A stretch of DNA of 63,892 nt, filler included, from Olpidium bornovanus S191 (taxonomy: Eukaryota > Fungi > Olpidiomycota): NCBI GenBank assembly GCA_017911155.1. It is 29 parts of 29 records of this genome, joined end to end, with 100 filler letters (N's around TTAATTAATTAA, not from the genome) between each part and the next. Parts side by side here need not be neighbours in the genome. Positions count along the whole stretch, not along the records: positions 12,569 to 13,725 come from JAEFCI010007462.1; positions 13,826 to 16,708 come from JAEFCI010003796.1; positions 16,809 to 20,568 come from JAEFCI010005823.1; positions 20,669 to 23,075 come from JAEFCI010000990.1; positions 23,176 to 26,772 come from JAEFCI010011323.1; 24 more parts are not named here. One strand, given 5' to 3'. The position numbers and the translations under genes were made by a program. Each line of letters opens with the position of its first letter. Position 1 is the stretch's first letter. Of this stretch, positions 12,469-24,045 are shown in pieces. The notes beneath the pieces were generated by a model. That model ran no database searches. It was not told the DNA's origin and saw only the letters and a program-made list of their open reading frames with translations.

Positions 12469-12911
12469 NNNNNNNNNNNNNNNNNNNNNNNNNNNNNNNN
12501 NNNNNNNNNNNNTTAATTAATTAANNNNNNNNNNNNNNNNNNNNNNNNNNNNNNNNNNNNNNNNNNNNCCATGGGCGTGATAGATTCCCTAGGAAAGGTG
12601 GGGTGTTGGAAAAAGGGGGAAAGGGGGGCCAGACGTAGCCGGTGGCGCAGACTCCTGCGGGAATCATCCCTCCTTTCTTCCCCCTGTAAATTCCGCACGC
12701 CGACGCCATACAAAACAAACCAAAAGCTTGTAAAAACTCTACAGCGTTCCGAACCGCGCGGTGCAGCCTCCGCCGCCCGCCGTCCGCTGTCTCCGCCCTC
12801 CATTGTGCACTCGTCTTCCCCTTTTGTCTCCTTTGGTTCACGTCCGTCGTTGAGGGTGGGGGGGGGGGGGGCCGGGGGGGGGGGGTCGCCCCGGGGGGGG
12901 GCGGGGGGGGG

Positions 12912-12952
<41 letters not shown>

Positions 12953-13399
12953 CCGCGCCGAGCGGTGGAGGCGAAGCTTTCTTTTCATTTTACTTTATTT
13001 TATTACGTCGTGATGGGGAATTCAAGTAAGCGGTGGTAGCATCATAGGGGGGGGGGGGGGGGGGGGGGGGGAAAGGTGGCGGGTGCGGTCACGTCCGAAT
13101 TGGGCTCAAACCCTGTTTTGATTTGGATTTCGCCGCGTCGAGCGGTTTTCCCGTATTTGGAGTATTTACCACTTAGTCGTACAGGAGAAGGAGGCGGGGC
13201 ACGTTATACGCAACACGCTTCCATTCGTTTTCATGGGAAAACTCTCTGTTTCAAATCATTGATCCCGTCTGCGCACGAGATGCCCAAACGCGTCCTCGGG
13301 GAGGTTGCGCTTTCCCGCGCATCCTGCGCGAAGAACGTCCTCACAAAAACGTGCGCCCCACCGCACCGGCGAGCGAAGCTGGTCTTTGGTCAGCTTCCT

Positions 13400-13725
13400 C
13401 TCCGGCGTCAAAGGGCACATCACCCTGTGGAATCTCAACGCCGCCCGCTATCATCGAGAGCACAGACGTCACGATCGGCAGAAAAACCTGATGCACGCGA
13501 TCCGGCGTGCTGGGATCTCCCTGAGTAAACAAAAAACAACCGGTTGTTCAACCGTTCGACAAAAATCGCGGTCGTCAACAAAGGAGTTCTACGTGGGTTG
13601 CATCCATGGATTGCGTGCGTGATCCTCACCAGAGGTCACGAGTTTCCTGGTCCAATGGAAGAACCTGCCTGCTTCCGACAGCGGTTGGGAACCTGCCGAC
13701 GCGCTGCACGATGAACACACCCGAC
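13400..13725 (+). mobile_element. Decayed Ty3/gypsy (chromovirus) integrase C-terminus with chromodomain
   Basis: From 13584: EFYVGCIHGLRA*SSPEVTSFLVQWKNLPASDSGWEPADAL (chromodomain FLVxW..WEP) with an in-frame TGA at 13620 and no introns. Confidence 0.7.
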
Positions 13726-15326
13726 NNNNNNNNNNNNNNNNNNNNNNNNNNNNNNNNNNNNNNNNNNNNTTAATTAATTAANNNNNNNNNNNNNNNNNNN
13801 NNNNNNNNNNNNNNNNNNNNNNNNNCATGGAAAGACAAGGCACGCAGGCAAAAGCGAAAATGAAAAGACGAGGCACGCAGGCACAAAGGGTTGAAGCGCC
13901 TCGAGAGACGTAATAAGCATTGATTGAACAAAAACAAATGTGGGGCTGTGCCGACCAATGCTCTAACAGAGGTAAAACCTCGGACCTTCACTCCTTGCGG
14001 AGCTTTGTCGGTTTCCTACGTGGCCCCAGTTGCCGGGGTTCAGAGGTTGCGTAGTTCTTCGACGTGCTGAGGGGGGGAGGGGGGAGGAAGGGGGGTTATT
14101 GTGATAAACAAAAAATAGCGATTAAGAATGTTAGATTTGATAAGAACATTATAGAAATAATAAAAACAATAAATTGAATAAACAAGATAAACAAAAAACG
14201 AAATAAACATCATAAATACAGTAACAGCAATAGATATAATAAACGACATAAATAAAACAAACTAAAGTATTAAAGTAAATACAGAAATAAGCAGTGGGAT
14301 TATGCGCATTGTTCGTCTAGCTGTTGTTCGATGCGTAGGTTAGAGGATCGTTCGCCAGGCGTTAAGGGCGAACAGTTACTGGGCCAAAAAACATCTTCAG
14401 CACACATATGCCGAAACTGTCTTTGGTTTTAGAATATTGAAAAGTGAATGAGTCAGCAATTATTTTATGACAATTACTTGAAAAAACAGGAAAGTGAACC
14501 GGAAAAAAAATGAAATCTGGGTATATTGCAATTAGTCCAAATTTATACTAAGAAAATGAGAAGCGAAGGAGTGAGGAAACTGGAAAAACAAAAATGGGAA
14601 CGGGAAAACCAAAAAAAGAATGGTAGATCAAACGGAAGCGTGGCGCTTACGTCCTTCGCTCTCCACCACCTGCAGACTGGCCCCAATCCGGCGCAGTGTT
14701 GCGTTCAGTTGGACGCCGGGGTCAGGCCCCAGGTAGATGACTGCGTTGCTGCTTACTGCGCCCTGCAAGTTTACGTGCTCAAGCAGTCAGAAAGCCGCCA
14801 AAACATCCTTACAGGCCAAAAAAGCACGGGGGTCGTGAAGCCACTTACGGCAGAAATGTCGTCACCCCTGTTCAATGCGCGGAGGACCATCATACGAAGA
14901 CCGAGGTTTGCTACCGCTCGCACCTGGCCTCCGCCAAATCTGAGGATGGTGCCAGAGGGCCTGAAATCCGCCATCGACCACCTGCGCAAAATGTCGTCGC
15001 TGGCAAGCTGAAATCGGCAGTCAGCGTCGTTTCTGCTCTTCCGCCCCTGGTTCAACAGCGGAAACGGCGGACGTTTACAGTACCTGCGTTGAGAGCAGCA
15101 GCTCTTTCTTGGTTTCTTCAGGAATCGTCCCCAGCCAAGAGAAAGGGGGGGGGGGGTGCCAGCGTCGTTCGTCTCTGGTTTGATTACCGGAAGACACGCC
15201 GCAGCGCGTGCTGCAGAGGGGCCCCTTTCGGCCCCGGCCCTTTGCGGCCCGAATCCGCGCTTATAGCGCAACCGTGCCCATATGACGCTCCTCCAGATCT
15301 CCGTCACGGACAGTGTTTTTTTTTCT

Positions 15327-15490
15327 CCGCATCAGTTGCTTTTTCCCCGGATCGTTTTTTCTCCACATCGGAGTTCTCTCTCTCTTTTTTTTCTCTGCAT
15401 TTGAGTATGACTTTTGTATTCTCCGCATCGGAGTTCTCTCCCTTTTTTTTCTCTGCATCTGAATATGATCTTTCTATTGTCCGCATCGAT
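15327..15490. repeat. Imperfect minisatellite, about 30/60-bp period
   Basis: 15361-15420 and 15421-15480 are near-copies, each built from two CTC(C/T)GCAT-initiated subunits. Confidence 0.75.
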
Positions 15491-16819
15491 GATTCTTTTC
15501 CCTCCTACGCAACAAGATTTAGTTTTCTTCCTTTTCCTTACCGCGTCGGCAATTTTTTTTTCTCTATCTTTTTAATTGTTTTTTTTTTCCTTTGCGGAGT
15601 TTTAGGATGGGTGTCCGAAGAGATTTCCTATCAAGCGACCAGGGAAAAACCTCCGTTGCCTTGCCCTAACCGCAACATCGGCGGTTTTTGTGGATCCCGC
15701 CCGTATTTCAGTAACTGCCTGCCCCGCCCATGCCACCCTTCCTTGCATGTATTATTTAAAATAATCGAACGGACCGCCCCCAAAATTTTTCCAAGCGCTC
15801 CCAGGCACAAAAATGAAGGTTATCCTGCGCGCAGCGTTGACGGCCCGGTTCCCAATGAGCCGCGGACAGCCAGGCAAGACTTTGGCAAATCTTTTGGCGA
15901 ACGCATCGGCGGATGGTTGAGTAAGCGGAAGGCCCGGGGGGCCGCCGGGGCGCCGCCCGAGGAAAAAGGGACGGGTCCGGGGAGCGGCGGCCGCGAAACC
16001 GGCCGTCGGCGGGCGTCCTTCCCATTTGGCCGCTGTATCGGGGAGGCGAAGGAACCCCAAATAAGAAATCAGGAACACCCGCCGACGCGGCGCACAAACC
16101 AAAAATTTATAGTATATATACAACATATTAATACTAACGGGCGATACTAATAATAGTACTTATAATACATACCTTATCAGTAGTACTAGTAGAAATACCG
16201 GTAATTGATTGGAACCAATAATATAATGTATGTGTGTATTATTGTACTTAATCTTTATATATAAAATAACATTCAATTTTCTAACTTATTAACCAGTAAA
16301 TTAATGTTTTTTCAAACCGCACCATATCAACCAACGACCCGAACCTAACTATCATAAGACAAAAAAATTTCCGAGCACGCTCTCCTTTGCTTTCTTTTAA
16401 AACATAAAAATATTACGAAGTGCAAAAAGCGAAAAGAAAAAAAAATGACGGGGAGACGTGTTTGCTCCAGAAGGCTCAGATGGCACTTTATGTCGACGGC
16501 AAAAAAAAACCAAGGGAGAGAGGAACCTTCGCGTCCTTCACGTGCAAAGCACCGACTATCAAAGCGACGTCAGAAAGTTGATTCAGAGAAGCAGAATTAC
16601 AGGGTAAAATGCAGATAATGGAGGGTTCAGGATTTGCACTCGTCGCAATAATTCGCAGTGCCTTTTCGCGGCCAAATTTGTTGCGGGAATCCGCGGCGAC
16701 GTTCCATGNNNNNNNNNNNNNNNNNNNNNNNNNNNNNNNNNNNNNNNNNNNNTTAATTAATTAANNNNNNNNNNNNNNNNNNNNNNNNNNNNNNNNNNNN
16801 NNNNNNNNCCCCAAGAAAA

Positions 16820-19444
16820 ATGCTGTTCCGAAACGTCTTCCTCGTTGCCATGGTGTCCGCTGTTATGAAGTCGACGTCCGTCGCGGCCGCGCCCGTCGGC
16901 TTCCAGGTTAGAGACGTCCCGCCCGCAGATCTAAGCATCGAGACCGCCGACCTGTCCTACGCCCTGGTCCCCGTCGCCGCCCCGGCGACGCCGCCGCCCA
17001 CGCCCGCCGCTGTGCCGGCGGTGGACCCTTTGGCGGACAAGGGCGACGCCGCCGCCCCGGCCGCCGCCCCGGCCGCGAACGCGCCGGCGGCGCCGTCTGC
17101 GCATGGCGAGCCCGCGTCCGCGCACGCGGCCGCCGCCGCCGCCGCCGCCGCCGCGCAGTGCGACGACGAGAAACCCGCGCCTTCCGCCCAAGGGGCCGCC
17201 GATGATCATGACGAGTGCTCTCCGGCCGCGGCCGCTGATGGAACCGCATCGACCGGTCGCTGCGACGAGAGCAACGCCCCGCAAGCCGCCGGCGCCGGTG
17301 ACGAATGCGCCCCCGCCGATGAAACCGAAACGAAAAACGCAGCCTGCGGCGAAAACGGCGCGCAGCCGGCGGCGACCGTTGATGCCGCGGGCCCCGCCGA
17401 CGACTGCGCGCCCCACGCCGCGGCCGGCGACTGCGCGAGCCCCGCCGCCGACGCCTGCGACAACGACAGCTCCTGCGCGGATTCGCCCGCCGGAGCGCAG
17501 GCCGGCAGCCACGCGTCCACGAAGGAGGTGGCGCCCTCGACCGACGACGTCGACACGTACGAAGCAGACAACGTCTGCTCGCCCGGCACCCGCTCCGCCG
17601 ACGGACCCTCGCCCTGCGACGAAACCGGCAAGTCCACCGGCACCTTTCAAGAGTTGCCCACCGGAGTGCAGACCGGTGACTGCGACAACGCAGCCGGCAA
17701 GCCCACCGTCACCTTCGACGAGCTGCCCACCGGAGAGCAGACCGGCAAGTCCACCGTCAACTTCGACGAGCTGCCCACCGGAGTGCAGACCAATGGCTGC
17801 GACAACGCCGCCTCCGGGACCCCGTGCAGTTCCGGCACCGACCTCGAGTATGACGAGGAGCCGGTCGGAACGCAGGCGCACTGCGACGACGTCGAAGGCG
17901 CAAACGAAGCCGACATCCCCGTTGGCGTGGAGGCCGACGAAGCGTTCGGCGGCCCCGCCGACAGCGAGGACGCGCCGGCCGGGGCGGAGAACGAGGCCGA
18001 CTGCTCAAGTGGTGACTGCGACGTCGACGGCGAACTGCCTTCCACGGAAAACACCGACCTAGATGACGGCCGGTGCTCTGCCACCGTCCAGTGCCCCGCC
18101 TCGGCTCCTTGCTGCTCGGCTGATGGATGTAGGCATTTCCCCCCTTCCTTCCTTCCTCCCCCCTTCTTTCTGCGATCGGTCAGACTGTTCGGATGTATAT
18201 GACGCGCTGCAAACGATGCTGACGTTTTCCGACGCCTGTTTGGCACCTTACCTTTTTTCCGATGCGATCCGACAGACTGCGGTTCGACGTTCACTCACTG
18301 CAACAGCAACTCCATCTTCCTCCCGCCCGGCGGCAACCCCACGTCGCCCTCGTACGTTCCTGTGAACGCGGTGAAAGAATGCGAGCCCGCCGGGAACGAG
18401 CTCAACGTCGACCTCGAAAATCCGAGCGGTTACCACGACGGTAACGATTTCGAAGGGCCTGCCGTCAACGATTCCGAGGACCCCGCCTTCGACGGTTCCG
18501 AGGACCCCGCCTTCGACGGTTCCGAGAACCCCGCCGTCAACGATTCCGAGGACCCCGCCTTCGACGGTTCCGAGGACCCCGCCGTCAACGATTCCGAGGA
18601 CCCCGCCTTCGACGGTTCCGAGGACCCCGCCTTCGACGGTTCCGAGGACCCCGCCTTCGACGGTTCCGAGGACCCTGCCGTCAACGATTCCGAGGACCCC
18701 GCCTTCGACGGTTTCGAGGACCCCGCCTTCGACGGTTCCGAGGACCCCGCCGTCAACGATTCCGAGGACCCCGCCTTCGACGGTTCCGAGGCCCCCGCCG
18801 GCAGCACCAAAGACTCGCACTGCGACGACACCCCGTCGACCGCCGGCGATCCCGCCTTCACGGGGGAGGAGGACTTCGACAACGAAGTGAACGAACCCTT
18901 CGTTAACGAGGACTTCGACACCGAGGAGGAGCCGGTCGAGGAGCCCGCTGTCAAAACCGGCGGCGGCGCCGATTGCGCTTCCCCCCCCGACGGGACCCCC
19001 TGCGACGTGCCTTCGGCGCTCGACACCCCGCAGGCCGCCGGCTGCACCAACAAAGGTTACAGCGGGCCGTGCGACGACAGCGACTACCCGGCCGGCGCGC
19101 CCGCCGCCGCGCCCGCCTCCGCGCCGCACCAGCAGCCTCCTGCGGCGGCGTGCGACGATGAGTCCGCGACAGCCGACGCCGCCGGTCAGCGCGGCGGGTG
19201 CGTGTCGGCGTGCGACGACGGCGAAGCCGCGAACGAGAACGCCACGCAGGCCTGCGCTTCGCCGTGCGACCACGGCGACGAGCCCGCGACCGCGAACTCC
19301 TCGCAGCCCCCCGCCGCTGCCGGCAACGACGCGCCGTGCGACGAAAACGTGGCGCCGGCCGCGAACGCCGTCCAGCCGCCCGCCCCTGCCCCCGCCCCCG
19401 CGCCGTGCGACGACGAGGAATCCTCCTCGACCAAGTCCGCCTGA
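16820..19444 (+). CDS. Secreted acidic Ala/Asp/Pro/Cys-rich repeat protein with one hevein/CBM18 chitin-binding domain (825 aa, 2 exons)
   Basis: Signal-peptide-like MLFRNVFLVAMVSAVMKSTSVAAA. Exon 1 16820-18128, GT-AG intron 18129-18275, exon 2 18276-19444; CDS is 2478 nt and in frame. The splice reconstitutes GRCSATVQCPASAPCCSADGYCGSTFTHC (hevein CCSxxGxCG..C). Confidence 0.88.
17645..17812 (+). repeat. Three coding repeats F(Q/D)ELPTG(V/E)QT
   Basis: FQELPTGVQTG, FDELPTGEQTG and FDELPTGVQTN within exon 1. Confidence 0.9.
18455..18790 (+). repeat. 14 x 24-bp coding tandem repeat (DPAFDGSE / DPAVNDSE variants)
   Basis: Counted directly from the translation; two unit types are interleaved. 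Confidence 0.97.
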
Positions 19445-20676
19445 AAGCCCCTTACCTCCATCTGCATCTCTCTCTCGCTCTCCCAGCGCGTGAGAGACAA
19501 CAGTCACAACTCGGTCCCAACCCCCCTTTCCCTTTTCCCCACCCTTCCCCCAGAAGGGCCTTTTTTTCGTCGTTTGAGTAGGTAGCGCGTCGAAAATAAA
19601 ACAATTCCTCGCGTACCTAACTTTCCGCGCGCGCTGCCCCGAAACCGCGCGGGCGAAGCCTTCCATTTTTTTTGTTCGTCTTCGTCTTTGTTTTTTTTTT
19701 GCCGAGACAGCTTTGGCGGGTGTTTGCGCGGCGGCTGGGGAGGGGCGGGTGATTCGCAACGGGGTGGGGTGTGTGTGTGTGGGCGCGTGTGCGCAGCGGG
19801 TTGGAGGGGGGGGAGGAAGACGAATGTCAATGGAAAGAAAAAAAAACAACTAAATATGACACAACAGCACACGGCAGGACACTCGTTTCAGAAGGAATTT
19901 CGAAGCGTCTGTGGGATTCCGAATGGGACGCCCGCAGGCCTGCCTCCTGACGCACGCCCGCCACAACGCGCATCCGCGGGCACGGCCTCGATCTTCCTCT
20001 CGCTTTCGTCCTTCTTCTCACCTCTGCACTCCCTCCTGATCTCTCGGACGTGGTTCGGCCCTGCCGCGGCGGCTGCAAGGCGGCGGAAGCCTGTGCGCAC
20101 TGCGCAAGACCGCGAGCTGGCCAGGTCCCGCGTCCGCACGGCCCGCCAGCAACTTCTCGTGGAAATGGGGCGCGAGGTTGAACCAGCGTGGAGCCTTGAG
20201 AACCTCTGAGCCACGATCACCAGTGGTGGCTTGCATGGCCGTGCACGATTTGCTCATCAAGCGGCGTGACATGGAGCGGGGAGCTGGAAAACGAACTCCC
20301 ACAGGGGACGCCGCGTCTGAGCACTCAAGCGGCCGAGGCAGAGGGCGACGCAGGCCGTGTTCTGCACGACGACCCAGGAAAGGACGTCGATTTCAAGAGG
20401 ATATAACGCGCCGTTGCCACGAGCAGCAGCTTGTCTCCCCAGTCACATTCCTCTCGATTGCCATCGTCGATGGACGAGTCTCCTGGTTTCTTTTTTGTAT
20501 AACGCTTTTGTTTTCAAAAGTTTGGTTTTTGATTTTACCGCATCTTTTTGACCCACGACAAAAAAAAANNNNNNNNNNNNNNNNNNNNNNNNNNNNNNNN
20601 NNNNNNNNNNNNTTAATTAATTAANNNNNNNNNNNNNNNNNNNNNNNNNNNNNNNNNNNNNNNNNNNNGGGGGGGC

Positions 20677-20719
<43 letters not shown>

Positions 20720-20807
20720 GGGGGGGGGGGGGGGGGGGGAGGTGTGGCTCTCCCGGACCGCGATTTCCTATTTTTTTTGATTTTTTTTTTTTAGATTGGC
20801 TTCTCCC

Positions 20808-22884
20808 ATGGCTGTAAGCGACGATCATGGCTACGAGCTCGTCATCGTGCAGCAACCCCTTCACGCCCGCCTCTGCGGATTCGGAGACAAAGACCGCCGC
20901 CCGATCGACCCGCCGCCGATCCTGAAGGTCATCAACAAGCTCGACGAGCACCTCCCGGAGGAAGAAAAGTGAGAGAAGACGGGAGGGAAGCGGAGGAGAG
21001 GAAGGACCCGGTGAAATTTGCCGCTGTTCTCCTGCCTCAGGCTTTTTTTTTGGCGGATGGAACGGACGCCCCGTCCCCGGTTTCGGATTATGCGGCGGAA
21101 TTCTTTTTTTTTTTTTTTTCCCTTGTTCTGAACGATGTGGCGGGGCGGAGGGAGGGAAGAGAGGCAGGATAATCAGAGCTTGCGCAAAACAACGAAACGC
21201 TCCGAAAGACAAAGAATATTTGTCAGAGAGGAAAAATCGCGCCGTTTACCCAATCGGACCGGTAAAAAAAAAATCTAAAAAAAGAAACGTGTTGGGTCGA
21301 AAGCCAAACTCAGCGAAGTGCGGTCTCCCAACGTGCCCACCACACTTCGAAAATTTTCGACGGGGATTTCGTCCCGCCCCCTTCCCGCACCCACCCCATC
21401 TCACGCGCCTCCCGCTCTCCCCCGGCCCGCGAGCTTCACTGTCGGTGCGATTACGGCCTAACGCGTCGATTCACTTTCTTGCTCTTTTTCTCTTCGCTCT
21501 TCCCCTCCCGCGCACACACACGCCACTATCTATTTTTTTTAAAAATAAAAAACCCCACAGATTCGGTTTAGGCCACGTCGTCGTGCACGCGTCCCTCTGG
21601 TCGGCAGACGGGATGACGGACTGCAATTCCGTGTCGAATCCCACCAAGAACACCCGGATTCTGATGGGATCTCTGGTCGGGTCGCCGGAAAGGATGAGAG
21701 GAGAGGACGGCAAGCTCGCGGATTTCGTGTGTTTCCCGGACCTCAGCGTGCGGACCGAGGGGACCTACACCCTCAAGTTCTCGTTGATGAAGATAGACAG
21801 GTTTGTAAAGATAGCCGACGTGCGGTGCGTGATGGCTACAACGCGCCCGAGTGAAGGGGAGGGCATCCTCTGTGTCCATAAATGCGTACAATTTGATCTT
21901 TCTGCTCTAGCCAAGTTTCTAAGAAGAATACGCGTTTTTTTCCTTTTTCTTCGTTTATTGTTTTAATTTTTTATATTTTTTTCGTTGTTTCTTTTTGTTT
22001 CTTTAATTTTTTTGGTTTTTTGTTGTTTTTGTGTTTTTCGGTTTGTTTTTTTTTGTTTTTGTCTTTTTTCTGTTTTATTTTTTGTTTCTTTTGTTTTTAT
22101 TTTTTTGTTTTTTTATTTTTTTTTGTTTTTTGTTGTTTTCTGTTTTGTTTGTTTTTATTTGGTTTGTTTTTGTTTTTTTGTCTTTTTGATTTTTGGTTTT
22201 CCTGTTTTGTTTTTTGTTTTGTTTTTTGTTCTTTTTTATTTTTTTTGTTTTGGTTTTTTGTTCTTTTTTATCTTTTTTGTTTTGTTTTTTGTTCTTTTTT
22301 TTATTTTTTTTTTTGTTTTGTTTTTTGTTTTGTTTTTTGTTTTGTTTTTTGTTTTGTTTTGTTTTTTGTTTTGTTTTGTTTTTTGTTTTGTTTTTTGTTT
22401 TGTTTTTTGTTTTGTTTTTTGTTTTGTTTTTTGTTTTGCATTTTGTTTTTTTATGGTTTTTTTTATGTTTTTTTTTGTTTTTTTTTCCCGCATGCGTCGC
22501 CCCACCCTCCCCTCCATTTTTTTGTTTTTGTTTGGCTTTTTTTTTTTTTTTTCCAGCGGATCATTCTTCCAGAGAGGCGGCTCCGTCGTCGCCAGCGTGC
22601 TCTCGCAGCCGCTGACCGTGTACCAGGCCAAACAGTTCCCCGGCATGACCGAGTCGACCGCGCTGTCGAAGCTGCTGCGCAAGCAGGGCATGAACATCCC
22701 GATCCGCAACAGCCTGCGGCCGAAGAAGCACCAGGCGGCGGGGGGAGCCTCCGTCGTCCAGAACCCCGCTGCCGCTTCTGCCGTCGCCGCCGCTCCTCTC
22801 CCGCCTCAGGCGGCCGCGACGGCGGCGACCGCCGGCAATGCGCCGCCGCTAGACGGAGAGGAGCCGCGCGCCGCCGCAGCATGA
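20808..22884 (+). CDS. Velvet-domain transcription regulator (3 exons, apparently complete)
   Basis: YELVIVQQPLHARLCGFGDKDRRPIDPPPIL, RILMGSLV, FPDLSVRTEGTYTLKFSL and SQPLTVYQAKQFPGMTESTALSKLLRKQGMNIPIRN are velvet hallmarks. Confidence 0.95.
21985..22490. repeat. T-rich (TTTTG/TTTTTG)n tract inside velvet intron 2
   Basis: Near-perfect TTTTGTTTTTG periodicity around 22310-22440, degenerate on either side. Confidence 0.9.
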
Positions 22885-22956
22885 AAAGGCGGGGAGGTCG
22901 GGGCGAGGAGGAGGAGAACGAGGCTGCTACTGCTTGGAGATCCCATCCTCCACGTC

Positions 22957-23075
<119 letters not shown>

Positions 23076-24045
23076 NNNNNNNNNNNNNNNNNNNNNNNNN
23101 NNNNNNNNNNNNNNNNNNNTTAATTAATTAANNNNNNNNNNNNNNNNNNNNNNNNNNNNNNNNNNNNNNNNNNNNCAGGTCGGTCCGGAACGGGTCGTGT
23201 CGGGGAAGGATGGGGGAGGAGGCGAGCGGTAGAGCGCGAGGTGCCGATGCGGGCTGAGGTTGTCCGGTTGCCAAGCAAATGTTGTTTGTTTTCATGCGCA
23301 CGGAAAAGTGAAAAGCTGGCACGCGTTCTGCCACAACAAAAAAAAAAAAAAAAAAAATCGGCGGGGGCGGCCACCTGGCCAACTCAGCCCGTCTCCACCC
23401 GACGCGGACATAAGTCGCCTCCGGGAAAGCTTTCGGTTCTGGCCTTCGGTATACCCCTCTTCCCCCAACCTGCAAGCACGTTTCGACTGACAGTCTGAAT
23501 CGGGCGTCATCCGACGAGCCTGTCCTCCCTGGTTGCAAACTCCTACCTCGAGCTTCGCGATCGTCGGATACTCGCGTGGCGCCGTTGGACTTTAAACGGC
23601 AAAAAACCGTTCCCGGAACTCACCGCCCGAATTCGGATTTGAATCCTTCGAATACCTTGTTAACTGGCGGCTTCTTCCGGTTCTGCCGTTCCCAACGTCA
23701 GGCGATCGTGGGCGGTAAAAACCAGCGTAAGCCGCCGGTTATGCGTCGTATGCGCCGCGCCGCATTCGCCGGGGATCAATTGGTACCGCTGGTTTAACCG
23801 CCTGTCCGCCCTCGGTCCACTCGTCACTTCTTGCAGCTGTTCAGTGAACATCAAAACCGAGGACGCGCTAAACATAGCTGGCGTCGGATGACGCTCTCGG
23901 CAAAAACCGATACGCTCGTTTTTCGCGTGTGATCGATTGGGATACTCGGCTGTCGCGGCCGACTGACCAGCTCTAGACACTTCGGCACGGAATCAATTAA
24001 ATAGAAAAGGATCTGCCTAAAAATCGTGAGAATTGGCGAGTCCTG

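Noticed and set aside
14526-15307. Overlapping ORFs on both strands, possibly a transposase
   Set aside because: No recognisable catalytic motif; left unannotated.
18248-19849. 533-aa minus-strand ORF with VEGGVLGT repeats
   Set aside because: Antisense shadow of the plus-strand CBM18 repeat gene, which has the signal peptide and splice support.
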